A stretch of DNA of 64,000 nt from a bacterium (GTDB lineage Bacteria; Patescibacteriota; Minisyncoccia; UBA6257; GWB1-50-10): positions 136,501-200,500 of the forward strand of contig JAKAIX010000002.1 in the NCBI GenBank assembly GCA_021814165.1, in the 5' to 3' direction. Both the position numbers and the translations under genes were made by a program. This document shows, piece after piece, positions 26,510 through 36,194 of the stretch; positions within the stretch are counted from its first letter, which is position 1; every line of letters starts with the position of its first letter. The notes below the pieces were generated by a model. It was not told the DNA's origin and ran no database searches. It saw nothing but the letters and a program-made list of their open reading frames with translations.

Positions 26510-28369
26510 GTGGTGTATTTGAAAACTATGGGAAAATTCGGAAAAAGTTTTTTAGGGATAGTAACGTTTCTTGTATTCATTGCGTTCGTGTTTTCGCTTC
26601 TGCTCGTGCCCTCGGGGGATTCCAATACCGTCTCCATCGGCGTCTTGGCGCAGAAGGTTGAAAGCGGCGCGGTAAAATCCATTGCGGTAAACGGTGATAC
26701 GTTAAACATAGAACTCGCGGATGGCACGAAGGCGGTATCGAAGAAAGAAACGGAGACCGGGGTCATAGAGACGCTCAAGAACTACGGCGTTTCGCCGGAG
26801 GCGCTCCAGAAAGTGGATGTGAGCGTCATGGATGAGAGCGGCGTACGCTACTGGGCCGGCATTCTGGTTCCGACGGTACTCCCCATTCTTGTTATGGTTT
26901 TGATCTTCTGGTGGATTTTCAAACAGGCAAAAACCGGAGCAAACCAGGCGTTCACGTTCGGGAAGGTGAACATAAAGCTTTTCTCGTCGAACCGCGATAA
27001 AGTGACGTTTAAAGACGTCGCGGGGCTCAAGGAGACGAAGGAAGAGCTCGAAGAAGTCGTCGATTTTTTGAAACATCCGAAGAAATTTTTGGATATCGGC
27101 GCTCGCATTCCCCGCGGCGTGCTTCTTATGGGTGCACCCGGTACGGGAAAGACGCTTCTCGCGCGCGCGACTGCGGGTGAGTCGAATGTTCCTTTTTTTC
27201 ATCTTTCGGCGTCCGAGTTTGTCGAAATGTTCGTGGGGGTTGGCGCTTCAAGAGTGAGAGATCTGTTCCAAACGGCGAAGCGCGCCGCCCCCTCGATCAT
27301 TTTTATCGATGAAATTGACGCGGTGGGACGGGAGCGCGGCGCGGGCTTGGGAGGAGGACACGACGAGCGCGAACAGACCCTGAATCAGATTCTGGTTGAA
27401 ATGGATGGCTTCGAGCGCGACTCGAACGTGATTGTGATGGCGGCGACCAACCGGCCCGACATCCTCGACCCGGCGCTTCTTCGTCCCGGGCGTTTCGACC
27501 GCCGCGTGGTGCTTGATATTCCCGATATAAAGGACAGGGAAGAAATTCTGAAAATCCACGCGAAAGGGAAACCGCTCGAGAAAAACGTTGACTTAAGGAT
27601 CATCGCCGTCCGCACCCCCGGATTCGCAGGCGCGGATCTCGCGAACCTCATGAATGAGGCGGCGATTCTTGCGGCGCGAAACAATAAAAAAGAGATATCT
27701 CAGCTCGATTTTATCAATTCGATTGAAAAAGTAATGCTTGGTCCCGCGCGGAAAAGCCGTACCATTTCCGACAACGAGAAGAAGATCACCGCATACCACG
27801 AAGCGGGTCACGCGTTGGTCGCCGCATCGTTGAAAGGAGCCGATCCGGTACACAAGGTTTCGATCGTGAGCCGCGGTATGGCGGGAGGGTATACTTTGAA
27901 ACTTCCGATCGAAGAGCGGCACCTGAAAACGAAGACGGAGTTTTTGGCGGATCTCGCGGTTTCGTTCGGCGGATTTATTTCCGAATCGGTGGTGTTTAAG
28001 GACGTGAGCACCGGCTCGTCGAACGATTTAAGACAAGCAACCGACATGGCGCATCGGCTCGTGACTGAATACGGGATGAGCGAGAAGCTCGGACCGAGGA
28101 CATTCGGAAAAACGCAGGATCTTATTTTCCTTGGAAGAGAACTTTCTTCCGCGAAGGATTATTCCGAGGCGACAAGTGGCGTGATCGACGACGAAGTGAA
28201 TCTCTTTATTAAGAAAGCGTTCGATGCCGCAAAGAAGATCATCACAGGCCACCGGAACGTGCTCGATAAAATTGCGCACGTCCTCATGGAAAAGGAAACG
28301 CTCGAGCAGGACGAGTTCAATGCAATCATAAAGGGCTTCAACTTGAAACAAGTGGTACTGAAGGCGTAA
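26510..28369 (+). CDS. ftsH: ATP-dependent zinc metalloprotease FtsH.
   Basis: N-terminal TM and periplasmic domain, Walker [12 protein letters not shown] region, and zinc motif HEAGHALVA. Confidence 0.95.
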   Translation: MVYLKTMGKFGKSFLGIVTFLVFIAFVFSLLLVPSGDSNTVSIGVLAQKVESGAVKSIAVNGDTLNIELADGTKAVSKKETETGVIETLKNYGVSPEALQKVDVSVMDESGVRYWAGILVPTVLPILVMVLIFWWIFKQAKTGANQAFTFGKVNIKLFSSNRDKVTFKDVAGLKETKEELEEVVDFLKHPKKFLDIGARIPRGVLLMGAPGTGKTLLARATAGESNVPFFHLSASEFVEMFVGVGASRVRDLFQTAKRAAPSIIFIDEIDAVGRERGAGLGGGHDEREQTLNQILVEMDGFERDSNVIVMAATNRPDILDPALLRPGRFDRRVVLDIPDIKDREEILKIHAKGKPLEKNVDLRIIAVRTPGFAGADLANLMNEAAILAARNNKKEISQLDFINSIEKVMLGPARKSRTISDNEKKITAYHEAGHALVAASLKGADPVHKVSIVSRGMAGGYTLKLPIEERHLKTKTEFLADLAVSFGGFISESVVFKDVSTGSSNDLRQATDMAHRLVTEYGMSEKLGPRTFGKTQDLIFLGRELSSAKDYSEATSGVIDDEVNLFIKKAFDAAKKIITGHRNVLDKIAHVLMEKETLEQDEFNAIIKGFNLKQVVLKA

Positions 28370-28380
28370 AGTAATTCCGT

Positions 28381-28452
28381 GGGCATATAGCTCAATGGTA
28401 GAGCAGTCGTCTTATACACGACCGGTTCCAGGTTCGAGTCCTGGTGTGCCCA
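28381..28452 (+). tRNA. tRNA-Ile with anticodon UAU (reads AUA); no CCA encoded.
   Basis: Acceptor GGGCATA/TGTGCCC, D-arm GCTC-AATGGTA-GAGC, anticodon stem GTCGT/ACGAC with loop CTTATAC, T-arm CCAGG-TTCGAGT-CCTGG. Confidence 0.7.
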
Positions 28453-28459
28453 CAAGCAT

Positions 28460-28531
28460 GCGCGCTTAGCTCAGTGGTAGAGCGACTCGTTTACACCGAG
28501 TAGGTCGGGGGTTCAATCCCCTCAGCGCGCA
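28460..28531 (+). tRNA. tRNA-Val, anticodon UAC; no CCA encoded.
   Basis: Acceptor GCGCGCT/AGCGCGC, anticodon stem ACTCG/CGAGT with loop TTTACAC, T-loop TTCAATC. Confidence 0.85.
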
Positions 28532-28566
28532 CAAAATAAAAGAAGATGGTAAAAAATAACCATCTT

Positions 28567-29328
28567 CTAAGGATGTTTCACTACCTCGAATCTCTCGAGG
28601 TATTCGTCGTATGACGCAAGGGCCGTGCCAGCATAGGTACTGGTTTGGTGTGGTATTATCCTCATCTTCATTGCTTCCTTAAAACCGAAAGACAAGAAGA
28701 ATTGTTGTAATACCTGCTCGTGAACAAATGCCCCGCTCACACCACTCTCCAGGATCTCGTCTAACGAAGTTACTACCGTTATGGATTCGTTAGATAAATT
28801 TCCGAATTTTTTCTGGAGCCCGACGAGCGTCTTCCACTCATCCTCCTTGAGCGCCGTGGTCCAGTAACACGAAAGAGTTGAAAAGCCCTCTCTTGTGTTT
28901 TTTTGGTCCGCAGCATCCAGGGCTCTTTTTGTGATGAAATTAATCCACGTCCCGAATGGAGCGCATCTGGAGGTAAGTATATTTTTTATCTCCATCAGCG
29001 CACTTTCGTCATCTGTTGAAGGAACTACCCCGGTCGTCGGCACACTATAGAAGTTTCCCTCTGGCTGTAAACCGAGAAGACGAAGCTCCAGGGTCGAGGC
29101 AGTTGTTTTTCCAAATGATAATTCTTCTCCCACCTCCCGTTTGTAGGTGGCAAGAGGATTAAGATCATTCTTCGCCTGCTCCCCGATCCAGTTCCCGCCG
29201 ATACAACAAAGACCTCGGCGATAGAGTTTTATCGGATGACCGTCATCTTTCATCTCGATAAATATCTCTCGCGGATTTTCGGCTCGGAATATTATCCCGA
29301 CGCCGGAAATATTCGTTATCTTTTCCAA
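28567..29328 (-). CDS. Nudix-like hydrolase with an atypical (extended) Nudix box, plus a C-terminal domain.
   Basis: GGNWIGEQ...KREVGEELSF matches the REUxEExGU core of the Nudix box, but the spacer between G-x5-E and RE is about 13 residues rather than 7. Confidence 0.4.
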   Translation of the reverse strand: MEKITNISGVGIIFRAENPREIFIEMKDDGHPIKLYRRGLCCIGGNWIGEQAKNDLNPLATYKREVGEELSFGKTTASTLELRLLGLQPEGNFYSVPTTGVVPSTDDESALMEIKNILTSRCAPFGTWINFITKRALDAADQKNTREGFSTLSCYWTTALKEDEWKTLVGLQKKFGNLSNESITVVTSLDEILESGVSGAFVHEQVLQQFFLSFGFKEAMKMRIIPHQTSTYAGTALASYDEYLERFEVVKHP

Positions 29329-29428
29329 TATTTACCCCTTTTCAATTTGCAGATAAATTATACAGCAAAATTATGTTTTTGTCAATTATCCGGACTTGGT
29401 AGATTGACAAACAAAGACCTCGCGACCT

Positions 29429-29944
29429 ATGTTGGTACATATGCCGTTTACGTTTAATACTTCTTACGGTCTGCAGATTAACGTGCACCAGGTGGTGGAC
29501 GAAATCGTCGGGTTTATTAAAAGCAAACCAAACGCGGAGTATAAGGTTATTATTGGAAGCGATTCACTGCACCTCGAAGACAAGAGCGCCGACTTCGTGA
29601 CTGCTATCGTAGTGCACCGCGTGGGGAACGGCGGCCGGTATTTCTATCGCCGCGCGAAGATGGGGAAATTTTATAATCTTCACGATCGCATCATCCAGGA
29701 GGTGCTCCTCTCGCTTGATGTGGCGAACGTATTCATTACGGAAATGAAAGAGGTGACGAAGCAGATGGCCGAAGAAGGGATCGCGGCGAAGTGGGATTTT
29801 GAGATTCATGTGGATGTCGGGGATCGCGGCCCCACCAAGGCGCTCATTCAGGAGGTGGTGGGAATGGTGCGCGCACACAACTTCGAACCGAAGACGAAAC
29901 CCGAGAGTTATGCCGCCTCGAAGGTGGCGGATAAATATGTGTAA
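29429..29944 (+). CDS. YkuK/DUF458-like RNase H-fold protein.
   Basis: The N-terminal motif EYKVIIGSDS and overall size (about 165 aa) match the YkuK family. The start may be the ATG at 29441 (MPFTF...). Confidence 0.45.
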   Translation: MLVHMPFTFNTSYGLQINVHQVVDEIVGFIKSKPNAEYKVIIGSDSLHLEDKSADFVTAIVVHRVGNGGRYFYRRAKMGKFYNLHDRIIQEVLLSLDVANVFITEMKEVTKQMAEEGIAAKWDFEIHVDVGDRGPTKALIQEVVGMVRAHNFEPKTKPESYAASKVADKYV

Positions 29945-30015
29945 TTAATTATCAATTTCCAATTTTCAGTGAATTTCAAAATTTTAGAATTGAAAAATTA
30001 ATTGAACATTGATCA

Positions 30016-30609
30016 TTGGAAATTGAAAATTCTGCTAGTATGGACAGATTAGTTTTCGATATCGAGACCAAAAACTCGTTCGATGATGTCGGCGGGCGGG
30101 AGAATCTGAAGGATCTCGAAATTTCCGTGGTCGCCGCGTATTCTTACGATGAGGACAAATATTACTGTTTTGAAGAGCACGAACTCGCTTCGCTCGGGGC
30201 GCTCCTGAAACGCGCGAAACTGCTCATTGGTTTCGCGAGCAAGCGATTTGACGTTCCCATCCTCGCGAAATATTTCAATTTTAACGTCGCCTCCATCCCT
30301 CACTACGACATTCTCGAGGAGGTGGAATCAAAACTCGGGCGCCGTATCGGGCTCGGCATTCTCGCTGAAGCGAACGTCGGCGCGGGAAAAACCGGGCACG
30401 GGATGGAAGCGATTGATCTCTATCGTCGCGGGGAGATAGAGAAGCTCAAGGAATATTGTGTGAATGACGTTAAAATTACAAAGGCGGTATTTGATCTCAT
30501 CCGCGAGAAAGGATACCTTTGGATTCCCGAAAGAAACACTTCCCATATGAGGAAACTTGAACTACTTTATAAAGAGGAGGAAGAATCTCCTCAGGGTCAA
30601 CTTATTTAA
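30016..30609 (+). CDS. DEDDy-type 3'-5' exonuclease (DnaQ-like fold).
   Basis: Exo I is LVFDIETKN, Exo II is in ...LIGFASKRFDVPIL, and Exo III is YCVNDVKITKAVFD (Y-x3-D). The start may be the ATG at 30040. Confidence 0.6.
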   Translation: MEIENSASMDRLVFDIETKNSFDDVGGRENLKDLEISVVAAYSYDEDKYYCFEEHELASLGALLKRAKLLIGFASKRFDVPILAKYFNFNVASIPHYDILEEVESKLGRRIGLGILAEANVGAGKTGHGMEAIDLYRRGEIEKLKEYCVNDVKITKAVFDLIREKGYLWIPERNTSHMRKLELLYKEEEESPQGQLI

Positions 30610-30618
30610 TCTACTGCA

Positions 30619-30912
30619 ATGGAGAAACTGGCAAAAAACAAAATAGTGCTCGCAGTCGTCGTTGTGATCGTCGGTGTGGGGCTCATCGCGGCCTATATCC
30701 CGCTTCTTTTTATTCCTTCTTCGTATGAAGAGCAGCCCCCGACTGAGAACCAGAACGCGCAGCCGATTGCGGAAGCGACTTCGACCCCGCGATCTGCAAC
30801 CTCGACCCCGACATCAACCTCCGCTTCATCGAAAAAATCTCCCGACCCGTTTTCCGGCATCGGAGAGGAGCAGAAATCGTTGAATGATTTGGGGAACCTC
30901 CTGAACCAATAG
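30619..30912 (+). CDS. Small membrane-anchored protein of 97 aa with a Ser/Thr/Pro-rich tail.
   Basis: One TM helix (IVLAVVVVIVGVGLIAAYIPLLFI), then a low-complexity region. A terminator hairpin follows. Confidence 0.45.
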   Translation: MEKLAKNKIVLAVVVVIVGVGLIAAYIPLLFIPSSYEEQPPTENQNAQPIAEATSTPRSATSTPTSTSASSKKSPDPFSGIGEEQKSLNDLGNLLNQ

Positions 30913-30926
30913 CAAGCGAGGGGAAA

Positions 30927-30960
30927 CCGCCGTCATCCGATGGCGGTTTTTCTTCGGTTG
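30927..30960 (+). terminator. Intrinsic terminator upstream of glyA.
   Basis: AAACCGCCGTCATCCGATGGCGGTTTTTCTTCGG: stem of about 10 bp plus a T-run. Confidence 0.5.
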
Positions 30961-30978
30961 TTGTAGATTATAAGAGCC

Positions 30979-32232
30979 ATGAGAGATAAAGAGGTACGAA
31001 AACTTATCGGAAAAGAAGCAAAACGCCAGAATGACACGTTGAACTTGATTGCTTCGGAAAATTACGTCTCAAAAGACGTACGCGAAGCGTTGGGAAGCGT
31101 TTTTGTAAATAAGTATGCTGAAGGATACCCGCACGCGCGTTATTACGGCGGCAATACGTACGTGGATGAAGTCGAGGAGCTCGCAAAGAGAAGAGCGCTC
31201 AAACTTTTTTCCCTTTCTCCGAAGGCGTGGAGCGTAAACGTCCAGCCGTACTCGGGATCTCCCGCGAATCTCGCGGTTTTGCATGCGCTGGTGCCGGTAG
31301 GAGAAAAAATAATGGGGATGTCGCTCGCAATGGGAGGACACCTCACGCACGGACATAAGGTAAGCGTTACGGGGAAACTCTGGGAACAGATTCCTTACGG
31401 CGTGGACAGGGGTACGGAAAACATCGATTACGGGGAAGTAATGCGGATTGCCAAAAAGGAACAGCCGAAACTTATTATTGCGGGCGCGACTGCATATTCG
31501 CGGATAGTGAATTTTAAAAAGATGAAAGCGATTGCGGATGCGGTGGGAGCGTATCTTTTGGTTGATATGTCGCACTTCGCGGGGCTTGTCGCAGGCAAGG
31601 CATATCCTTCCCCTTTCCCCTATGCCGACGCGGTGACTACGACGACGCACAAGACGCTTCGCGGTCCGCGGGCGGCAATGATCTTCTCGCGTAATACCCA
31701 CCCCCCAATTCCCAATTCGAAATTCCTGATTTCCGAACTGATTGATAAAGCGGTATTTCCCGGGCTTCAGGGCGGGCCGCACGAGAACCAAATTGCCGCA
31801 ATTGCGGTTGCGCTTGAGGAAGCGATGAAGCCCGCATTCAAGAAGTACGCAGCGCAGATAGTAAAGAACACCCGTGCGTTTGCGGAAGAAATGAAACGTC
31901 TCGGCTGGCGCGTGATCTCGGGCGGCACTGACACCCACCTTTTTCTTCTCGACACCGCTTCTCGGGGTATCGGCGGGAAAGAAGCGAGCGACGCGCTTGA
32001 GGACGCAGGAATTATCGTAAATAAAAACACCATCCCCTTCGATGAACGGAAACCGACCGATCCGTCCGGAATACGCATCGGTACGGCGGCGCTCACAACG
32101 CGAGGAATGAAAGAAAAGGAAATGAAAGAAATAGCGTTTCTCATCAACGCTGTTTTAGGGGGAATTTCCAAGAGAAAGAAAAATGAGGCGCAAGGAAAAG
32201 TTGTACGGTTATGCAAAAAGTTTCCTGTCTGA
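30979..32232 (+). CDS. glyA: Serine hydroxymethyltransferase.
   Basis: LNLIASENYVSKDVREALGSVFVNKYAEGYP and the PLP-lysine region TTTTHKTLRGPR. Confidence 0.95.
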   Translation: MRDKEVRKLIGKEAKRQNDTLNLIASENYVSKDVREALGSVFVNKYAEGYPHARYYGGNTYVDEVEELAKRRALKLFSLSPKAWSVNVQPYSGSPANLAVLHALVPVGEKIMGMSLAMGGHLTHGHKVSVTGKLWEQIPYGVDRGTENIDYGEVMRIAKKEQPKLIIAGATAYSRIVNFKKMKAIADAVGAYLLVDMSHFAGLVAGKAYPSPFPYADAVTTTTHKTLRGPRAAMIFSRNTHPPIPNSKFLISELIDKAVFPGLQGGPHENQIAAIAVALEEAMKPAFKKYAAQIVKNTRAFAEEMKRLGWRVISGGTDTHLFLLDTASRGIGGKEASDALEDAGIIVNKNTIPFDERKPTDPSGIRIGTAALTTRGMKEKEMKEIAFLINAVLGGISKRKKNEAQGKVVRLCKKFPV

Positions 32233-32260
32233 TCACGTAATTGAGATATTGCCGCAGGTA

Positions 32261-32289
32261 TTGACAGAAGAACATGCGGCAGTTACCAT
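32261..32289 (+). promoter_or_regulatory. Putative promoter TTGACA-N17-TACCAT upstream of the amidoligase-like gene cluster.
   Basis: TTGACA at 32261-32266 and TACCAT at 32284-32289. A similar TTGACA-N16-TACCAT occurs at 44224-44251 upstream of nusA. Confidence 0.3.
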
Positions 32290-32539
32290 AAAAAATAATC
32301 ATGAATATCAATCAGAAGAACATTAGCCTCCTTATGCACTATTGCGCCGAGCTCCGTGTCGCGATTGTTACGATTTTTTGGATGCAGGGTTCGGGGGTTC
32401 ATCTAAGTTCTTCTTTCATGAAATAAACAGTGACTAAAGAAGTATTGAGATAAGCCTCCGAACGAAACGGAGGCTTATTAATTTGCTCTTTCATAAATAA
32501 ATAAACTCATTCATTCATAAATAACGATGGAGGTAGCAC

Positions 32540-34321
32540 ATGCTACGGATTGATCAATCTCTTGCGGAGCAGAAATTCACTGTTCCAAACATCTTCTTCA
32601 CCTTGGCGGGGAACGTAAAAAGCCAGGAAGTTATAGCCGCTCTTACCGGTATTCTGGGGGATAAATGCCGCGTCTTTAAAGACCGGGATGAAATAAAAGA
32701 AGCTTTTCTTGACGGGCACAGTCCCGATGCGGCGGTTGCGATATTCGACGGGTCTCTCTCGAGAGAGTTTTCACCGAAGTCTTCGTCCCGCTCCGTTGAT
32801 AAAGGAGTCATCCCTTCTTGGGCGGGTGGCGCAGAGTGGGGTGTGCTGGTATCGACGAGAATATTGAACACGGAAAGATGCGCGAGGCAGATCGCCGCAG
32901 ATTTCTATAAAAAGTTCAAGGACCGTCTCGACGAAGGAAACTTCCCCTGGGGTTTTCCCAAGAAAAACGAATCGGGACCGAAGCATATACGTCTCTCCGA
33001 CGAGAAGATGGACACTCTACTGGGTAAGTTAAATTCGGTTTCTGCTCCTAATCTATCGGAGATAATTTCGGATACGTCGAAAGCGGTCGAGATCCCGACA
33101 GGATCAAAAATCAGCTGGATTCGTGTCCCGTCATCGCCGATCGGTGTAGAAGGGAATTATCTTAATAGGGTTGTAAATGCCCTCGAGAAGTTCCAGTCCG
33201 CCGGGGCGAAGCTCTTGGTTAAAGACGAAGACGTGAGGAACATGATCCTTGCAGGTGTTGATCTCCCAAGCGATCCGCGTCTCAGTGATTTATACCTGTT
33301 TCCTCCGACCGACCGTTTCTCCGTTTCCCGCCCCGATCTGCATTTCACCGGTTCCGGGCTCTTCGCATCGGAGAACGATGAGATGCCCGGAGGATTTCCC
33401 GAAGCGGTCCACATCGACGAATCGTATGGATTGCACCAGGAAGAATGGCGGCAAACATTCGACTGGCTTACCGAAGAAGGCCCCCTTCTCTTTCTTGTCT
33501 CTCACGAGTGGAGCGGTTGCTATGTGCAAGAAATGAAATGGCTTGCAGATTATCTGGAGAAGAAGGGCTATCCGGTGCTTTTCACCACCACGGAAGATCT
33601 CTCCGGTCTTGTAATAGACAAAGATGAGGTTTCCTATCAGGGTGAGCACGTCGGTACGGTGTGGCGTCAGTTCCCCATCTTTGAGACCACGGGAAAATTA
33701 GCGGATGTAGTTGACGCGGCAAACAAAGGAATCGTTCGTCTGGTTCCCGAGTTCGCTCACTACGGCAATAAGACGTGGTTTTCCGTATTCAGAAGCCACG
33801 CGGGGTACTTCAAGGAGGTCTTGGATACAGAAGAGTTTAACCTCCTTCTCAAAGTGCTTCCCGATTCCCACCTCGTGCTACCGGAGAAACCCGACAATTC
33901 ATTTCCTTTGAATATTGCGGGAATGACGATTGGTTCACTGGGCGCCCTGAAACGCCTCCCTCTTGGTAAAAGGGACGAGTTGGTGATGAAGGTCGCCGGC
34001 GCGAATACGAAGTCGGCAAGGTCGTACGGCGTACTTATGGGGCACGGATTGAAAGACAAGGATTGGATTAATTGGATTGACGAACGTCTTGAGCTTAAGC
34101 AGCCCTTCATCGTGCAGCAGAAACTGAAAACGGAAGTCATAAAACTCCCAGTAAGGAATATTTCCGAAAAGAAAGATGAGCTGTTCCGCTGCAGAGTGCT
34201 GGTTCGTCCTTGGATTGTGAGTGGAAGAGTTGTTTCGGGAATGGCGACAGCGGTTCCATACACTACCGAAAGGGTTCACGGTATGGTAGATATGGCTATG
34301 TCACCTATTTACCTGTATTAA
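32540..34321 (+). CDS. Large (593-aa) cytoplasmic protein, tentatively an amidoligase related to GspS-type circularly permuted ATP-grasp enzymes.
   Basis: No clean signature. I see weak resemblance to YgiC/GspS-like segments (VWRQFPIF...KGIVRLVPEFAHYGN versus LWEMFP...KYVVKPIFSREGAN). It forms a co-directional cluster with a DmpA aminopeptidase and a racemase. Confidence 0.3.
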   Translation: MLRIDQSLAEQKFTVPNIFFTLAGNVKSQEVIAALTGILGDKCRVFKDRDEIKEAFLDGHSPDAAVAIFDGSLSREFSPKSSSRSVDKGVIPSWAGGAEWGVLVSTRILNTERCARQIAADFYKKFKDRLDEGNFPWGFPKKNESGPKHIRLSDEKMDTLLGKLNSVSAPNLSEIISDTSKAVEIPTGSKISWIRVPSSPIGVEGNYLNRVVNALEKFQSAGAKLLVKDEDVRNMILAGVDLPSDPRLSDLYLFPPTDRFSVSRPDLHFTGSGLFASENDEMPGGFPEAVHIDESYGLHQEEWRQTFDWLTEEGPLLFLVSHEWSGCYVQEMKWLADYLEKKGYPVLFTTTEDLSGLVIDKDEVSYQGEHVGTVWRQFPIFETTGKLADVVDAANKGIVRLVPEFAHYGNKTWFSVFRSHAGYFKEVLDTEEFNLLLKVLPDSHLVLPEKPDNSFPLNIAGMTIGSLGALKRLPLGKRDELVMKVAGANTKSARSYGVLMGHGLKDKDWINWIDERLELKQPFIVQQKLKTEVIKLPVRNISEKKDELFRCRVLVRPWIVSGRVVSGMATAVPYTTERVHGMVDMAMSPIYLY

Positions 34322-34418
34322 TTTCCTGCGGGTCGGTTCTTCCAACGACCGACCCACAGATATATTTCGTGTTGTTATATGAATACTTGAGGATAAGGTC
34401 GAGTATTCATAACACAAC

Positions 34419-35483
34419 ATGAGTAATAATAAAAAACGTTTTTACGAGTACGGTCTCAACGAGGCCTCTTTTCCGCGTGGGGAAAGAAATAAAATAAGCG
34501 ACGTTTCCGGCGTCCGCGTGGGACACGTAACGAAAGTCGAGGGGGAAAATGTGCGCACGGGGGTGACGATCGTCGATCCGGGAATCAAAGAGCTTTTCAA
34601 AAACAAGATTCCGGGAGCGATCGCGGTCGGGAACGGATACGGAAAACTCACGGGGATTACCCAGGTCGAGGAACTCGGGACGATCGAGGCGCCCGTAGGA
34701 CTTACCAGCATTCTTTCGGTTGGTGCGGTGCTTCAGGGAATCATCGGAGCAGTTTCCGGCCGGGAAGCGCTGGGCTCGATCGATGGCCCGAACGTGATTG
34801 TAGGCGAGGTGAACGACGGATTCTTGAATGGTATACATAAGGGTTCTATCGGAACGGAAGACGTGAAAAATGCTTTTTACAGCCTCACCGAAGATTTTTC
34901 TCTCGGAAATGTGGGCGGCGGAACGGGATCGCGGGGCTTCTCGTGGAAAGGAGGCATCGGAAGTTCTTCAAGAATCGTGGAAGCAGGAGGTAAAAAATAT
35001 ACGCTCGGCGTTTTGGTGCAAACAAACTACGGCGGCTCGCTTTCCATAACAGGCGTTCCCGTTGGAAAGTTGCTCGGGAAGACGGACTTTGACGAATTTC
35101 TCCCCGGCAATTCCGGAGGGTCATGCATGATTGTGCTCGCGACCGACGCGCCTTTTTCCGCGCGGCAATTAAAAAGGATTGCGGAGAGGACGTTTCTCGG
35201 CCTCGCGCGTACGGGATCCGTCATCTCCCCCACGAGCGGAGATTATACTATCGCGTTTTCTACGAATCGAGCCGGCATCGAAGGCACAAACACGAAGGAA
35301 ACATTACTTCCTGATGCGATACTCTACAGGTTTTTTCTTGCTGCGGTAGAGGCCACAGAAGAAGCGGTGTATGACGCTTTATTTGCCGCGGAAACCATGA
35401 AAGGCAGGGACGGGAATGTCCGCGAAGCAATACCGATTGAACGCGTGGTCGAAATTATAAGGTCGTACCGCCATGCCGCGTGA
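34419..35483 (+). CDS. DmpA/BapA-family (peptidase S58) Ntn-hydrolase aminopeptidase.
   Basis: VSGVRVGHVT..., LVQTNYGG, and the autoprocessing/nucleophile region NSGGSCMIVLATDAPFSARQLKRIAE match the DmpA family. Confidence 0.7.
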   Translation: MSNNKKRFYEYGLNEASFPRGERNKISDVSGVRVGHVTKVEGENVRTGVTIVDPGIKELFKNKIPGAIAVGNGYGKLTGITQVEELGTIEAPVGLTSILSVGAVLQGIIGAVSGREALGSIDGPNVIVGEVNDGFLNGIHKGSIGTEDVKNAFYSLTEDFSLGNVGGGTGSRGFSWKGGIGSSSRIVEAGGKKYTLGVLVQTNYGGSLSITGVPVGKLLGKTDFDEFLPGNSGGSCMIVLATDAPFSARQLKRIAERTFLGLARTGSVISPTSGDYTIAFSTNRAGIEGTNTKETLLPDAILYRFFLAAVEATEEAVYDALFAAETMKGRDGNVREAIPIERVVEIIRSYRHAA

Positions 35484-36165
35484 ACGAATAGGAATTGTAG
35501 GCGGCATGGGACCGCTTGCGGGAGTTCATTTTCAGAAACTCATTGTTGAAGCTACTCCCGCGAAAAAAGATCAGGATCATCTTGAGGTGGTTTGTTATAC
35601 CAATCCCGGAATTCCGGATCGTACCGCGTCCCTTTTTGAAGACGGAGGTCAAAGGTTTGTCGACGGGATAACAAAAACCCTGCAGGTGTTAAGCGGCGCG
35701 GGAGCGACGCTGGCGGTTATGCCTTGCATCACGGCCCACGCGAAGTTTTCCGATATTTCGGATAGTTCCCCTCTCCCTGTTCTGAACGTTATTCACGCTC
35801 TTGATGAGTATGTAGTCGGCAGATACGGAACGGGGGCAACCGTAGGTATTCTTGCAACGGACGGGACGGTGAAAGGGCGCATATTCGAGATGTCGGGGAA
35901 TATAAAGTGCATATATCCCCCTTCGGAATATCAGCGTGAGATTATGAAATTGATACTCGATATAAAAGCGGGAATGAATTTAACAAAGGCGGCCGATCAA
36001 CTTCTGGAATATGCAAAACACTTCAAGAAAGATAACGTCGATGCGGTGATATTGGGATGTACCGAGTTTTCTCTTTGTCTCGGAGACATCAAAGATCGCT
36101 TGGATATTCCCGTGGTGGATCCTCTTGAAGTTGCGGCAAAAGAAATCGTGAGGCGCTGCTCCTAA
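35473..36165 (+). CDS. Asp/Glu/hydantoin racemase family enzyme, likely aspartate racemase.
   Basis: IGIVGGMGPLAG, and the two catalytic Cys motifs MPCITAH and ILGCTEFSL. It overlaps the DmpA gene by 11 nt. Confidence 0.8.
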   Translation: MPRERIGIVGGMGPLAGVHFQKLIVEATPAKKDQDHLEVVCYTNPGIPDRTASLFEDGGQRFVDGITKTLQVLSGAGATLAVMPCITAHAKFSDISDSSPLPVLNVIHALDEYVVGRYGTGATVGILATDGTVKGRIFEMSGNIKCIYPPSEYQREIMKLILDIKAGMNLTKAADQLLEYAKHFKKDNVDAVILGCTEFSLCLGDIKDRLDIPVVDPLEVAAKEIVRRCS

Positions 36166-36194
36166 TCGTTTACCCTCCTTTGCAGAACGTAATG

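Noticed and set aside
32301-32426. 41-codon ORF (MNINQKNISLLMHYCAELRVAIVTIFWMQGSGVHLSSSFMK) in the leader of the amidoligase-like gene, considered as a possible precursor peptide
   Set aside because: It has no Shine-Dalgarno, while real genes here have strong ones. Its composition is unremarkable and there is no conservation evidence, so it is probably a chance ORF in an AT-rich leader.
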